A stretch of 63,403 bases of DNA, counting the filler, from Welwitschia mirabilis (lineage: Eukaryota), in NCBI GenBank assembly GCA_051453625.1. It is 8 parts of one record of this genome, joined end to end, with 100 filler letters (N's around TTAATTAATTAA, not from the genome) between each part and the next. Parts side by side here need not be neighbours in the genome. Positions count along the whole stretch, not along the records: positions 16,621 to 29,524 come from JBOZIK010000001.1; positions 29,625 to 40,808 come from JBOZIK010000001.1; 6 more parts are not named here. One strand, 5' to 3'. The notes beneath the pieces were generated by a model. The model was not told where the DNA came from. It saw nothing but the letters and a program-made list of their open reading frames with translations, and ran no database searches. Position 1 is the stretch's first letter; each line of letters starts with the position of its first letter. Shown here piece after piece: positions 27,051 through 40,000 of the stretch. Made by a program: the position numbers and the translations under genes.

Positions 27051-29624
27051 AGGGGATTTTGTTAAAAGTCTTGATAATATTAATCCTCCTTCTTATAAGA
27101 AAAATGTTTCTCCTCTCTCAATATCTTCTTTGCATTATGATTCACATGTTAATTTTAAAAATTATCCTTCTTTTGATATAGAATTACCTCTTGAAGATTT
27201 AAGATATATCTCTGATGATAACCTTTTCTATTTATTAATTTCTTATTTATCAATGTTTTCATCAATAAAAAACATTTTTCAAGAGCTATTGGTTAAGTAA
27301 GAAAAAGAAATATAATAGTCCTCTCATGACTTAGAATGTTTGAAATTTAATAGTATTCTTTTCATATCCTTCTTGAGTTTTTTAACTCATGTATGGAGTC
27401 TTATCATAAAAAAATGTATAAGCCTAAAATTTCACCTGGTCAAACATCTTATCCTTTTGATTCTGAAAGCTCTGATTGTTTAAATTTTACATCTTCTTCC
27501 ATAAGTATACACCAATCTTATGAGCCTAACTNNNNNNNNNNNNNNNNNNNNNNNNNNNNNNNNNNNNNNNNNNNNNNNNNNNNNNNNNNNNNNNNNNNNN
27601 NNNNNNNNNNNNNNNNNNNNNNNNNNNNNNNNNNNNNNNNNNNNNNNNNNNNNNNNNNNNNNNNNNNNNNNNNNNNNNNNNNNNNNNNNNNNNNNNNNNN
27701 NNNNNNNNNNNNNNNNNNNNNNNNNNNNNNNNNNNNNNNNNNNNNNNNNNNNNNNNNNNNNNNNNNNNNNNNNNNNNNNNNNNNNNNNNNNNNNNNNNNN
27801 NNTGAATAAAAAGATCTTTTACATTTTTAAAGATTAGTTGAAAATTTGTAGCCTTTTGATTTTCATTAGCTAGTCCTGTGAATTTTTGAGTTTTTTGTTA
27901 GTATTTGCATGCATTTAGACATCTCCAATTTGGAATTAAGGGAAAAAGTGGGTTTTCTTCTTTCATGGTGTTTATTTCAAAGCATTCATTGGGATGAAAT
28001 TATATTTCTATTAGGGTAATAAGTCAATGATCCTTTTCATGTGCTATAATTTTTTTTAAAAAATACAGAGCAAAGAAAATCAAGAAAAATCTTAAAGCTC
28101 TTTAAGACATCTTTATGATCATTTCTATTAGGCTTAGTTAACTGAATCGAGGCTATGGACACCTATTGTCAATGTAGATCTAATNNNNNNNNNNNNNNNN
28201 NNNNNNNNNNNNNNNNNNNNNNNNNNNNNNNNNNNNNNNNNNNNNNNNNNNNNNNNNNNNNNNNNNNNNNNNNNNNNNNNNNNNNNNNNNNNNNNNNNNN
28301 NNNNNNNNNNNNNNNNNNNNNNNNNNNNNNNNNNNNNNNNNNNNNNNNNNNNNNNNNNNNNNNNNNNNNNNNNNNNNNNNNNNNNNNNNNNNNNNNNNNN
28401 NNNNNNNNNNNNNNNNNNNNNNNNNNNNNNNNNNNNNNNNNNNNNNNNNNNNNNNNNNNNNNNNNNNNNNNNNNNNNNNNNNNNNNNNNNNNNNNNNNNN
28501 NNNNNNNNNNNNNNNNNNNNNNNNNNNNNNNNNNNNNNNNNNNNNNNNNNNNNNNNNNNNNNNNNNNNNNNNNNNNNNNNNNNNNNNNNNNNNNNNNNNN
28601 NNNNNNNNNNNNNNNNNNNNNNNNNNNNNNNNNNNNNNNNNNNNNNNNNNNNNNNNNNNNNNNNNNNNNNNNNNNNNNNNNNNNNNNNNNNNNNNNNNNN
28701 NNNNNNNNNNNNNNNNNNNNNNNNNNNNNNNNNNNNNNNNNNNNNNNNNNNNNNNNNNNNNNNNNNNNNNNNNNNNNNNNNNNNNNNNNNNNNNNNNNNN
28801 NNNNNNNNNNNNNNNNNNNNNNNNNNNNNNNNNNNNNNNNNNNNNNNNNNNNNNNNNNNNNNNNNNNNNNNNNNNNNNNNNNNNNNNNNNNNNNNNNNNN
28901 NNNNNNNNNNNNNCTTGTATAACATGTTAAATCTATTAGAAGAAAGTATCAAAATACTAAATGCTTAACATGATTGCATGCTCAAAATTTGAATGCCCAT
29001 GGAAGAAGAAGGAAAAGGATAAAAATTAAGGTGATATTAAAGATATATTTTGTTTGCTTGTTTTAATAATTGAATTTGAGATTCTTTGGCTAGTTGTAAA
29101 GCTATAAAGATTTATTGTTTTGGATTTTTCTTTGTCTTAGTAAAAGGTACACCTAAAATTATGTAAATAAATAAGACCATTAGCTTACATTCATCTTTTC
29201 TCATTTATTCATAGGATGCATAGCAAGGTTTATTATTTAATTTATTTATTTCATCACATTTTCACTCATTTTCATCATCCATTTCAAATCATAGTCCTTT
29301 GATTTTCCTTATATAAAAAAGCCAACCGAAAAAAAAACATTATGTTTTATATGATTTAATCCCTCTATTCATGTCTAAATCCAAGGTAAAATCAATCTCA
29401 ACCATTGATATAATACAACCATCAAATAGTCCTCATTTCAATTACTTTTCATAAAAATCCATGATTTTTGAGTCATCTGCATTGAGCACTGATAAATTCT
29501 ACAACCTTTAAATTTCTATAGCCTNNNNNNNNNNNNNNNNNNNNNNNNNNNNNNNNNNNNNNNNNNNNTTAATTAATTAANNNNNNNNNNNNNNNNNNNN
29601 NNNNNNNNNNNNNNNNNNNNNNNN

Positions 29625-30605
29625 GGATGGCCACATACTACTTCCTAGAGGTTGTTTTAGAGTTCTACAAGAATGCAACAATTGATGAAGATAACCCTTG
29701 GGTAATTAATTCCTTTGTTCGATGAACTTCCTTTGTTGTTTCACTTAATGATGTAAAAACCTTATTACAAGTTGAGTACCATGATATTTTGTCTTATATG
29801 ATTACCTAATCCCTTAGCTGTTATTGTGTTGCTCTTAATGTTGAATATTCCATAAATAGAAAAAGAGACCTACCTTGTAAATACCTCTATAAGAACTAAC
29901 CTATACTTTTTAGGTTTATCATTCGAAATGTTTTGCCCCCATCTGATGGAACTAATACCTATAGTATTCACTAACTGTTGCTTATATTAGTCATGTTAAC
30001 ATGATTAGGATTATCAACAATAGCAAATCCTTTAACATAATCAAATATCTCTTTAATACTATAACCAACAATATGGCCATAAGAGTAATCTTCCCTTCCC
30101 TTCCCTAGTTTCNNNNNNNNNNNNNNNNNNNNNNNNNNNNNNCCTATACTTTGAAGGATTGGGTAGGATCTTCATTAAAACCATTACCTCTAAAAAGATT
30201 ACCTAACTAAGGAAGTGTAAGAATTACAATTGGATTCCATGGGGTCTTCAAAAAATTCAAAAAGAATAAGAAGATCCTTAAAGAACTCCTTCTCCTTCAC
30301 AAGTTTCTTTTTCTGCTTACTCTTCATCCACTACAAGAAGAAAGGGGAAGGATCCTCTTAGTGAAACCTTTAATGCTCCTTATTTTCCACCATCTTTTGC
30401 TTCTCTCTCCCTACTCATAGATATTTCTCCACTACTTCAAGTGATATCTTTTTGGAGGAAGTCCCCAAATCTCAAAGGAATTGGATTGGAAAGTTATAGA
30501 AAAAGATTGAAAAGATTACAAAGAAACAAAAAGAGATATCCAAGAAGTAAGAAGATATGGATGAAAAGTTAGAGAGCTTGACCTCTCATAGAAGATCTTG
30601 AGGCT
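29625..30605 (+). pseudogene. Athila-type additional (env-like / plant transposon protein) ORF relic
   Basis: VVLEFYKNA...INSFVR*TSFVV motif and a C-terminal coiled-coil-like stretch, located before the 3' LTR. Confidence 0.55.
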
Positions 30606-31509
30606 AAATTTCTCTCACTCTCTTACCTTTCTTCACCTATATCTTTAAGATACTTGCATCTTACTTTGTTGTAATGTCTTTGGTATTTGATGAAAATCAA
30701 TATGAATTTCTATTTCTATAAATCTCATTTTGCTTCTAAATTAATACTTAACTACAAAATTCTTAATTTGGCTCTAAGGCTCTGAAATGTTAGATTTAAC
30801 ACATAACTCTTAACAAAGGCAGCACCACCAGCATCCTTAACTGACGTCATCACCTTAACCTATGTAGATGGATTCCCTTTTTGCATAGACATTCTTCATC
30901 ACATTTTCTATGTTTCCAACACTCCTGTCTCTACTAAAAATTTAAAAAAATTGACTAATTCAAATTCATCATTTACTCCTTCATTTTAAAATCATCACAT
31001 CACTTTTCATTATTTCTATTTTTTTATTCATTTTTAAATCTTTTGCATAGCCATACATTTTATATTCAGAAGTTTAAGACATTGCAATCAAAGCTTCATC
31101 CTTGATTTTTAGTCTTTCATTGGCATTAGTTTATATTTTATATTTTTTTAGTTTACTCATGCATTACACATTTTCTTTTCAATAATTTTCCTTTCTAGCT
31201 CATTCTAGACCACATTAGCATATGCATAATTCATTCCTCATTGTGGTCACATTTAATTTTTCATCTTTCAAGCTTTGAGAACAAAGTTTATCTTTCATTG
31301 GAGAAAGTGAAATTTGCACTTAAAGTACTTAGTTTTCATGCTCTATCTTTTACTTAAATGTAATTTTAGATTACATTGGCTAATTTTTTTTAAAAAAATT
31401 CTCATCATCTTTTTATACTTGATTGAGTTGGTCTGCAGTTTTTACCATGTTATATGATTTTTTGACACACTTTTTTGCTAAGGGAGTAGCAAAAGATTGG
31501 TTGCGGTTA

Positions 31510-32931
31510 TGATAGCACACAAAAATTAACATGTACATAAAGGAATTAAGGCCTTGCTAGCATGTTTAATTAACCATCACTATGATTTTATGTATTTATT
31601 ATGCTTAAGACCATGGAAATCTAGTTTTACTAATAATCTACCTTAACATTATCATTTTGTAAGGTAAATATGTCATCACGTACATTATGACAAAAGAGGA
31701 AGGTGTGCTTAGCATAATTGGTGGCACCAGTTCTAGGAGTGGTGTCACTAGTTCTAGTAGTGGTGGTACTAGTCACCTTGAGTAAAATAGTATCAAACTC
31801 ATGTTCCTTGTAAGAAATGCATTCCAATCAATTTCGCAAATAAAAGATGAATGAGGAATATATTCTAATANNNNNNNNNNNNNNNNNNNNNNNNNNNNNN
31901 NNNNNNNNNNNNNNNNNNNNNNNNNNNNNNNNNNNNNNNNNNNNNNNNNNNNNNNNNNNNNNNNNNNNNNTAATAAAAATCCCTTAATTTGGCCCCATTA
32001 CTAAAGATTAATTCTCTACACTTTGAGCATATTTTAGAATGATGCTAATAGGCCTTTGACACCCTAATTATAAATATTAATTTTGGCCTATAAATACCTT
32101 TTCTTTTTTCATTTGGAGGAGATCACTTCATATCATATAATTGTGAAAGAGATTAGAGATTTAGTCATGAGTTCTTTCTAAGCATCCCATAGGGAGGGGC
32201 TAGATACCAAGCTAACATGATGCTTCTTGGTTTAGCATGAGTACATTTTTAAATTATATGCTTTTATTTTTCATATAGTAAAGTGTTATATATTCTTGAT
32301 GGATTACTTTGATATCAAGTTATGATTGTTTTATAGTTGTTGTGCTTAGGATCGACCTAGGAATTCTTTTACTTTAATATCTATTTGGTGATTCTCTTTT
32401 TTAATTCTAACTTGCATAACCTGAATGTTTATTTGATCGATCTTGGGAGACCCCTACTTTTCATGCTTATTTTATTCTTGTTGTTAAGGATAGGTGGCTT
32501 AGATATATTACTTTCATGTCTGTGATGGATGATATTATGCCATTAAGCTTAAGCATGGACTAAATGAAACTCATGTTTATGATGGATTATATCATTATGC
32601 TTGAGTTGGAAATAAAAACTACATGATTTTTTACTTTAGTACTTATGCTTGTCCATGAAGTTATTATGTTAGTTTGAATGCTATGTATTATTCCTAGATC
32701 TCTTATATCATTTCACTCTCCATTACTCATTACTATTATGCTTGCTTTACTGATAGCTTTCGTAATCTATCTCTATGAATGAACGACATTAGGACTATGC
32801 TATAAATGGAAGTCATAGTATTATTGGTAAAATTTGGATTTGACTATATAAGATATATATCCCTTGGGCAATCTTGCTATTTACTATACATGAATGAGAG
32901 ATACAAGCATAGCCAAATTTCACCATGAACA
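31510..32931 (+). repeat. 3' LTR of the Athila-like element
   Basis: tgatagcacacaaaaattaacatg...catgaaca matches tgataacatacaaaaattgacatt (4645) and catgaata (21929). TATA-like tataaata at ~32089. Confidence 0.85.
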
Positions 32932-32936
32932 TAAAT

Positions 32937-34600
32937 CATATGAATTTATATCTTTTTCCATTACTAATCTGTTAATGTTATCTATTACTTTATCTAAAGT
33001 AACATGTAATAAAGCCTCATATAGCTTATAACAACCATCATTATCATCACCTCAAAAGAGGTTATTGTAAAATGCACAAATTTCAATAAAAGAGAAAATA
33101 AGTGTAGGATAAGCTCTACATTAGAATTCCTTCCAAAGACTCTTGGGCTATTTTTTAATCATGTATGCTTTTTCTTGTTTTCTTTAAAAATTATCTCTTC
33201 TTAGTTCTGATTAAGCCTTTATATTTTTAATCATATTTTTGTTTTTTGCCTATTAGAAATTTTAATATCCTATCTAGCCCATAAACATTCGCCATTAAAT
33301 TATGAATTCTGAGCACTATGATTTCTTTAGTAACTTGGGTAGCTTTCTTAAATAGTATGTGCTTCAAACTCTTATTATGCCCTTCATAAATATACTAATT
33401 TTTTAAAACCCCTTGAATTTATCTTTTATGTATAAAGTTATTCTTTTCTAATAAATTCCTTTTTTTTAATCCAAATACATGCTAATTTGTATTACGAACT
33501 CTAGATGATGATGGCATAATTTTATCAAATCATCTCCTATTGTAAACTCCTTGTTTTACTTGATATTTTCAATAGATTATAGAAGAAAATTGATATGAGA
33601 GTTAAGATTGAGGTCCTGTAAATGTAAATTTTATAGACCCTAGAAACTTAATTAGCTAACTTCATATGAGAAAATCTAGAGATTTTGACCATTTTAAGAA
33701 ATGTTATTTCATTTTATTAATAGTGCTATCTTAAGAGTATTAAGCCTAAACTAGTTAAGATCAATGTTCATACCTCCATTTTCATATTACCATTGAGTAA
33801 TTTCTATTTATTTTAGCTCAATTCTTACATTAAAATCTTCATAGATAAATTATTTCACTTTTATTCTAAATTTTACATCATCTACTTATAAATAATAGTC
33901 TTTCAATGAACCTATGTTATTGTAAAGTATAATTTCTTAGCATGTAAAATAACAAATGATGAGATAAGCACATTTTTGTTAGTGGTGAGTTTTTATTTAA
34001 ATAAACTACTTATGGTTATTAGAATATTCTTCATATAATTTCTAATTAAATACTAAATACCTCCTAGTAGTCTCCCTCTTCTACCTTATTTTGCATTCTT
34101 TTTGAAGAATTTTATGAGCCTTAGGACAACCAAATATTTTAATCCTTCATCTTTCTAAGTTTTTACAAGATCAAAGACATCAAAATAATCAAAGAAATCA
34201 ATTTTATTCAACAAAACAAATTTGTTTGCAAGGCCACCATTAAAATTTACAAAACAACAATGCATAGAGTTAATATGTTTTTGGAGTTAATTCTTTATTT
34301 AACCACTACTATGTTTCTTGCATTTAGGTAGGTGAATTTATCTTCTTCATAGGATTTCTTTATCTTTTTCAGTCTTCAACTTTTTCTTGTGGGCTTATTT
34401 TTAGAGATGCATTCATTGATACGTAACTTCTCTTCCTTGAAATTATTACAATGATGACATTTAGTAAAGAGATCTCTAAAGAGTATTATAATAGGATGAG
34501 GTTTCTTAAAATAGCTATTTTAAGATGTGAACTAGTTCATGAAAAAAATGATGAATATCTATCATTAATCCTCATTTTTTTTTTTGATGAACTTACTAGA
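32937..34600 (-). mobile_element. 5' continuation of the same RTE-X-like LINE (pre-RT/endonuclease region), heavily decayed
   Basis: Removing 4645-32936 gives a continuous RLVMEKDINSYDLYDKLLKWVGSTIL, resembling the conserved pre-RT segment. The far boundary is approximate. Confidence 0.65.
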
Positions 34601-36049
34601 CATAGATTTTAGAGATTTTTACCCTTTTTTCTCTTTCTCTTTCATCACTTTTGACATTATAACCTCTTTAATTTTNNNNNNNNNNNNNNNNNNNNNNNNN
34701 NNNNNNNNNNNNNNNNNNNNNNNNNNNNNNNNNNNNNNNNNNNNNNNNNNNNNNNNNNNNNNNNNNNNNNNNNNNNNNNNNNNNNNNNNNNNNNNNNNNN
34801 NNNNNNNNNNNNNNNNNNNNNNNNNNNNNNNNNNNNNNNNNNNNNNNNNNNNNNNNNNNNNNNNNNNNNNNNNNNNNNNNNNNNNNNNNNNNNNNNNNNN
34901 NNNNNNNNNNNNNNNNNNNNNNNNNNNNNNNNNNNNNNNNNNNNNNNNNNNNNNNNNNNNNNNNNNNNNNNNNNNNNNNNNNNNNNNNNNNNNNNNNNNN
35001 NNNNNNNNNNNNNNNNNNNNNNNNNNNNNNNNNNNNNNNNNNNNNNNNNNNNNNNNNNNNNNNNNNNNNNNNNNNNNNNNNNNNNNNNNNNNNNNNNNNN
35101 NNNNNNNNNNNNNNNNNNNNNNNNNNNNNNNNNNNNNNNNNNNNNNNNNNNNNNNNNNNNNNNNNNNNNNNNNNNNNNNNNNNNNNNNNNNNNNNNNNNN
35201 NNNNNNNNNNNNNNNNNNNNNNNNNNNNNNNNNNNNNNNNNNNNNNNNNNNNNNNNNNNNNNNNNNNNNNNNNNNNNNNNNNNNNTAATTTTTTTTGTTT
35301 AATCTTAGGTTCAATTGAGGTTACTTTTTACATTATACAATGTAAATGATCTGACTATAAATTATAAGTGATAAGCCTTAAGTCCTCAGATGTGTGGGTT
35401 GAATCATGCTTCTACCTATGTATTGAAGAGGCATCCAATGTGAGTTTCAACACATTGGTATGTATTAAAAGTGATAATTAAATAGCTGATAGCTGGATTC
35501 TAAGTTAACAGGGACTAATCATGTGTTTGCATTCAACTAGGTAGATCAATAATCCTAACAAATGCAGAATGAATTTCATGAATTGACTTCTTTAAATACA
35601 TGTAATGATGTAATAGTATAATAAGTGGGGCACTTATCTTCAATACAAGAGATGTTAAATGTAAACCTTTAAATGCTCTACATGGCAGCTAAACATTAGA
35701 AGAAAATAGAAAAAGTCTACAAATAGTTTTTATTATAAAAATAAGATAAAATACCAAATTTAGTTTGATATTATGTCTTAAAATTAAATTAATAACTTTA
35801 GAAATATAATGTATTTGCCTTTGATGATAGAATTGACTTATTAGCTTATAGTTTGTGTTCGTAATCTCTTAAATTCCATTATAAATAAACTTTTTAAAAG
35901 GTGTTATTAAGGAATCAAAGAAAAGATTGGTTTCAACTACATGGGCACATACATGTCTATATCAATATGGTATGGGGCCACAAACAATAATCAATCGACA
36001 ATATTTAGAGTTAAAAATGTCACATTTAAAAATAATTTGTTATTGTAAT

Positions 36050-36520
36050 CCTAAACAATTTCAAACAATTATAAAATAAAAATCATTCTTAAAGTATTTG
36101 GGAAAACACACAAAAAAAGAAGCAATTTTATTTAAATAATATCAAAAGAGGCACTTCTATAAAGATAACTTATTTAAATGCTATTATTCACCTCCATCTA
36201 CAAATTAAAATTAGTAGGCAAAGAATGGAATCTTAAATATTTCATGATTGAAATAAAATGGTTTTAAGTTATTTGAGAAGACTAGATGTGTTAACTTTGC
36301 AAGTGGCATGTGTTATTGAAGATGAATATCATGTTTTTATTAAATGTCTTTTTGCTGTTAACATATGAAATAAATGAAATAATGAAGGCTATAATTTGAT
36401 GGATTTTATCTCAAGTTTTACCAAAAACTTAACATCTTTAAGCTTATCACTTGTAAATTTATTATGTTTAATATATTCCTAGGTTCTTTATTATTGTAAT
36501 AAACATTTTTACTTTTAGTT
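36050..36520 (+). mobile_element. 3' end fragment of the RTE-X-like LINE family
   Basis: IEDEYHVFIKC at ~36315-36347, with an aataaa downstream. Boundaries approximate. Confidence 0.55.
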
Positions 36521-37040
36521 TCATTTTGCTAAAACAAATTCCAAATAGATGTTGCATGATTAATAAAATTAGAATCAATATAGTAATGTACAATATTATT
36601 TTCTGTGTCATCTCTTAGATTAAAAGCAATACATTTTATAATGCAAACCTTCTTGCACTTTCTCAAATCATGTTTAATTATTCTATTATTATTATCATTT
36701 CTCCTATTATAACTTTTACTATTATTGTTCTTTTTGTATTCTTTTCATTTTTTCCAAGTGTGGATCATCATTTACTTTTACATTGTTTAGATTCTTTATA
36801 GTCAAAATGTAGTCATTAATCTGATGACATTTTGTTTTATGGGTATAGTAATAGTTTTATGGATATAGATGATTATGTAATTATCTAAGGTGATTATACT
36901 TTATAGAAAAGCATGTTTATGAAGGAAGCAATAGATTTTTATTTTTTAAAATAAAATATAATTCATGCATTTGAAAAAGAGCTATAAGCTTCTCACATAA
37001 AAATTTATATTAAATATTTTGTTTAAAATGATGTTGTTAT

Positions 37041-40000
37041 TGTTCATATTAGCTTTTACAATTTATATAAATCAAGATCTTATTTGTAGTATGATCTTAA
37101 TTGAGGTAGAAGACTTAGTAGAGGAAATAAAAATCTCTTTAAACCTATAATGATTTAAAAGAAAACCAAAAATTAATATTTCAATAAGCTAAACTTAGAT
37201 GATAAAGTAAAAAAATGACCAAACTTCAAAGGTCTAACTTAAATCATCCAATAGCAAAACCTTTACTTTAACAATATTATATAACTTTTTGAAATAAATC
37301 TTAAATTTTTAAGTTGTTATGGCTCAGATTATGATAACATAATCTTATTTATAATATGAGTGTTAGTGAATTCCTTAGTTATCTTTGATCTTTCATAGCC
37401 TAATGTAAGCATGGAAAGTAAGAATTAACATTCCCAAGATCCATTAAATAAGATGACTATAGCCAAGAGGTAACCTCAAGAAACTCATTCAATAATTGAA
37501 ACAAGGCAATAACATAGTCTCACTCAAGTTTTAAAAGTAAGATATTAAGCACAACTTAAAATTAAGAATGAATAACTATTACTTTATTAAAAATAAGGAT
37601 TGCATTACATCAGAGAATGAAGGTAAAGATGATATAGACTTCTTAAAGCTAGCATCAAAGCTAGCTTACTCCCAAAGTAAATATTAGAATGATATGTTGA
37701 TCATCCCTTTCAAAGCCTACACTAATAACATAGATGTTTATAATGTGAAAACTTGGTCCTTTTTATAAGTGATAATAGGACTAAAATGGCTAGGAGCCTT
37801 TAGCTTGTAGTGATAGTAGGTGGCTATAATTTTATTCATAGCATTAGGTAGGATGATTACGTCTTTTGTATTTTAGTGTTTTGAGTTTAATAGTTGGCCT
37901 TTAAATCATGATTCCTTTACCAACTAGTACTATATTCATGTGTCTCCAACATTACTACATATGTAACTACCACATGTTAGTAGTATGTGTCTTCTACACT
38001 ACCCTTATATGTTATTGAAGATGAGGATTATTTTTAGTATAGTTACTAAGTAAGCCCATAATTATAATTTTATTACTTTTACATGAACATAATTTTCAAA
38101 GCAAGTTTTTTTTATCAAATGACTGACACTATTACATAAGTAGTTAGTGTCACTAGTGTTTTCTGCCTGTTTAGCTCTAATTTATGCCACATGCTTCAAA
38201 ATATTACTACATTCCTAAAAATATCAAGGAAAAATACATAATATCAATTATGACCTAGAAAATAGCTGAAGACATATCTTTATTATTAAATTGGTTAAAT
38301 TAATATTTTGACTATGATGAATTAGCTTAATATACTTAAGGTAAATGTTAATTTCTACATGTTAATACATCCTCAGCTAAAATTTTGCTAGTTTCATAGT
38401 TAAAAGTTAATAAAGAATGGCTAATGTGGAAAATATGATAAGAAAAATATTCAAGAATTATGTAAAATGATAAAAACATTAAAATTTTAATCAAATTTTT
38501 AAAAAAATAAGGCATTTAAAATTAAAATTTTGAAGTGCAAAGGTTAACTTCCATACCCCCTAACCAAATTCAAACTTTATTATCAATGTTTAAAAAGATA
38601 GAAAAAATCAATGTCCAATTTTAGAACAAGTTGAAGCACATTAAATGAACAATGTCATTTTATTAAAAATAGAAAAAGTAAAAGTGCAAGTAAATTTGAT
38701 GGATGAAAATGGATTACAGTCAATTTTTAAAAAAATTCTAGTAGGAATAAAAAATATGACTAGATTATACATGAAGTGGATAATGCTATAAAAAAGTTTT
38801 AAAATAAAAACTATAAAATGGATGATAGCATTAATCAGGACTAGCAATGTTGCTGGTTATTTTGGGATTCCAAGAGTGAAATTTAATGACATGATTTATT
38901 AGCTATAATGATAAGTTTTAGTTTTACAGGTTGAGTTTAGTGGTGAATTTAATGGATAGCNNNNNNNNNNTTTGTACTACATGTTATAAAATTATTACTA
39001 CTAGAGATTTTATTACAATGCTTGATAATGGAAATGAAAACTAATACAAATAATGTATGAATAAGAGAGATTAATTTTCTAAGCTAATTACCTTTTATTG
39101 AGAAATTTCCTAATGGATAAAAATGCCAATCAAGTAAAATATACATTAATTACACTTGTAAAAGTTCAAAACCCAATAAGCAAATTCTCAAGTACAAATG
39201 TTAAAGAAAGCATGTCAGAAGAAAATATTCAATTCCCACCTTTTTCTTTCTAATTTTTACCTTTTCTATAGTTACACGTATCCCTTATTTCAAGCATTTA
39301 TATCATATTAATCATCTCATATCATGATATTTTCTTCCAATAAAATTAAGCCTATGGTTTCTTAAAGAAATTAGTGTTGCATTACCAGTGAGTATCTATG
39401 ACCTTAATGTAACTGATCATGTCATAAAGTAGATCTTTAGAATTACATTATTAGTAAGTATCTATAGCCACAATGATATTAACTAAATCCACTTAATTTA
39501 TTAGAATAAAATGTGATTTTGAAAAATAGATGTTATATTTTATTTTAATTCTACTTCTCATATTCTTCATTTTTTTTCTTTTTATGCACATAATGGGGGT
39601 TATTGATTTATTAGCCTAATTAAGAAATATCTTATCCCCCTAAAATTATTAAAATAAAAATTATATTATGAAGGTAGATCATATTTTACATCCATATTTT
39701 CCAAAATTAGAGACCTTAAGTGAAACTAACCTTAATAAAATAATTAAAAAATAAGCATAACATTTTCTTGAATAACATAAGTGCACTTAAATTCTACCTA
39801 AACTTGTACTATCAGGATGATCACTTATTGTTAGAGTAATTGTTAAAGACCATAAACTTGAAAGGGTTAGATGATAAGATTTAAGATGATGATGACAACT
39901 TAATCTATGGAATGTATGAAATTAGGATTTCCTAAATGAAAGAGTTTAAAGTGATTATTGTACATGTGATAGTGTTTGTTTTAAAAGAGAGAGATACCAT

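Larger units (their letters stand above)
4645..32931 (+). mobile_element. Athila-like Ty3/gypsy LTR element (gag, protease, extra ORF; no RT/integrase seen), with nested insertions
   Basis: 5' LTR 4645-4935 + 20959-21929 is homologous to 3' LTR 31510-32931 (TG...CA). TSD TAAAT at 4640-4644 and 32932-32936. Athila-type PPT region (agggagtagcaaaag) precedes 31510. Confidence 0.85.
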
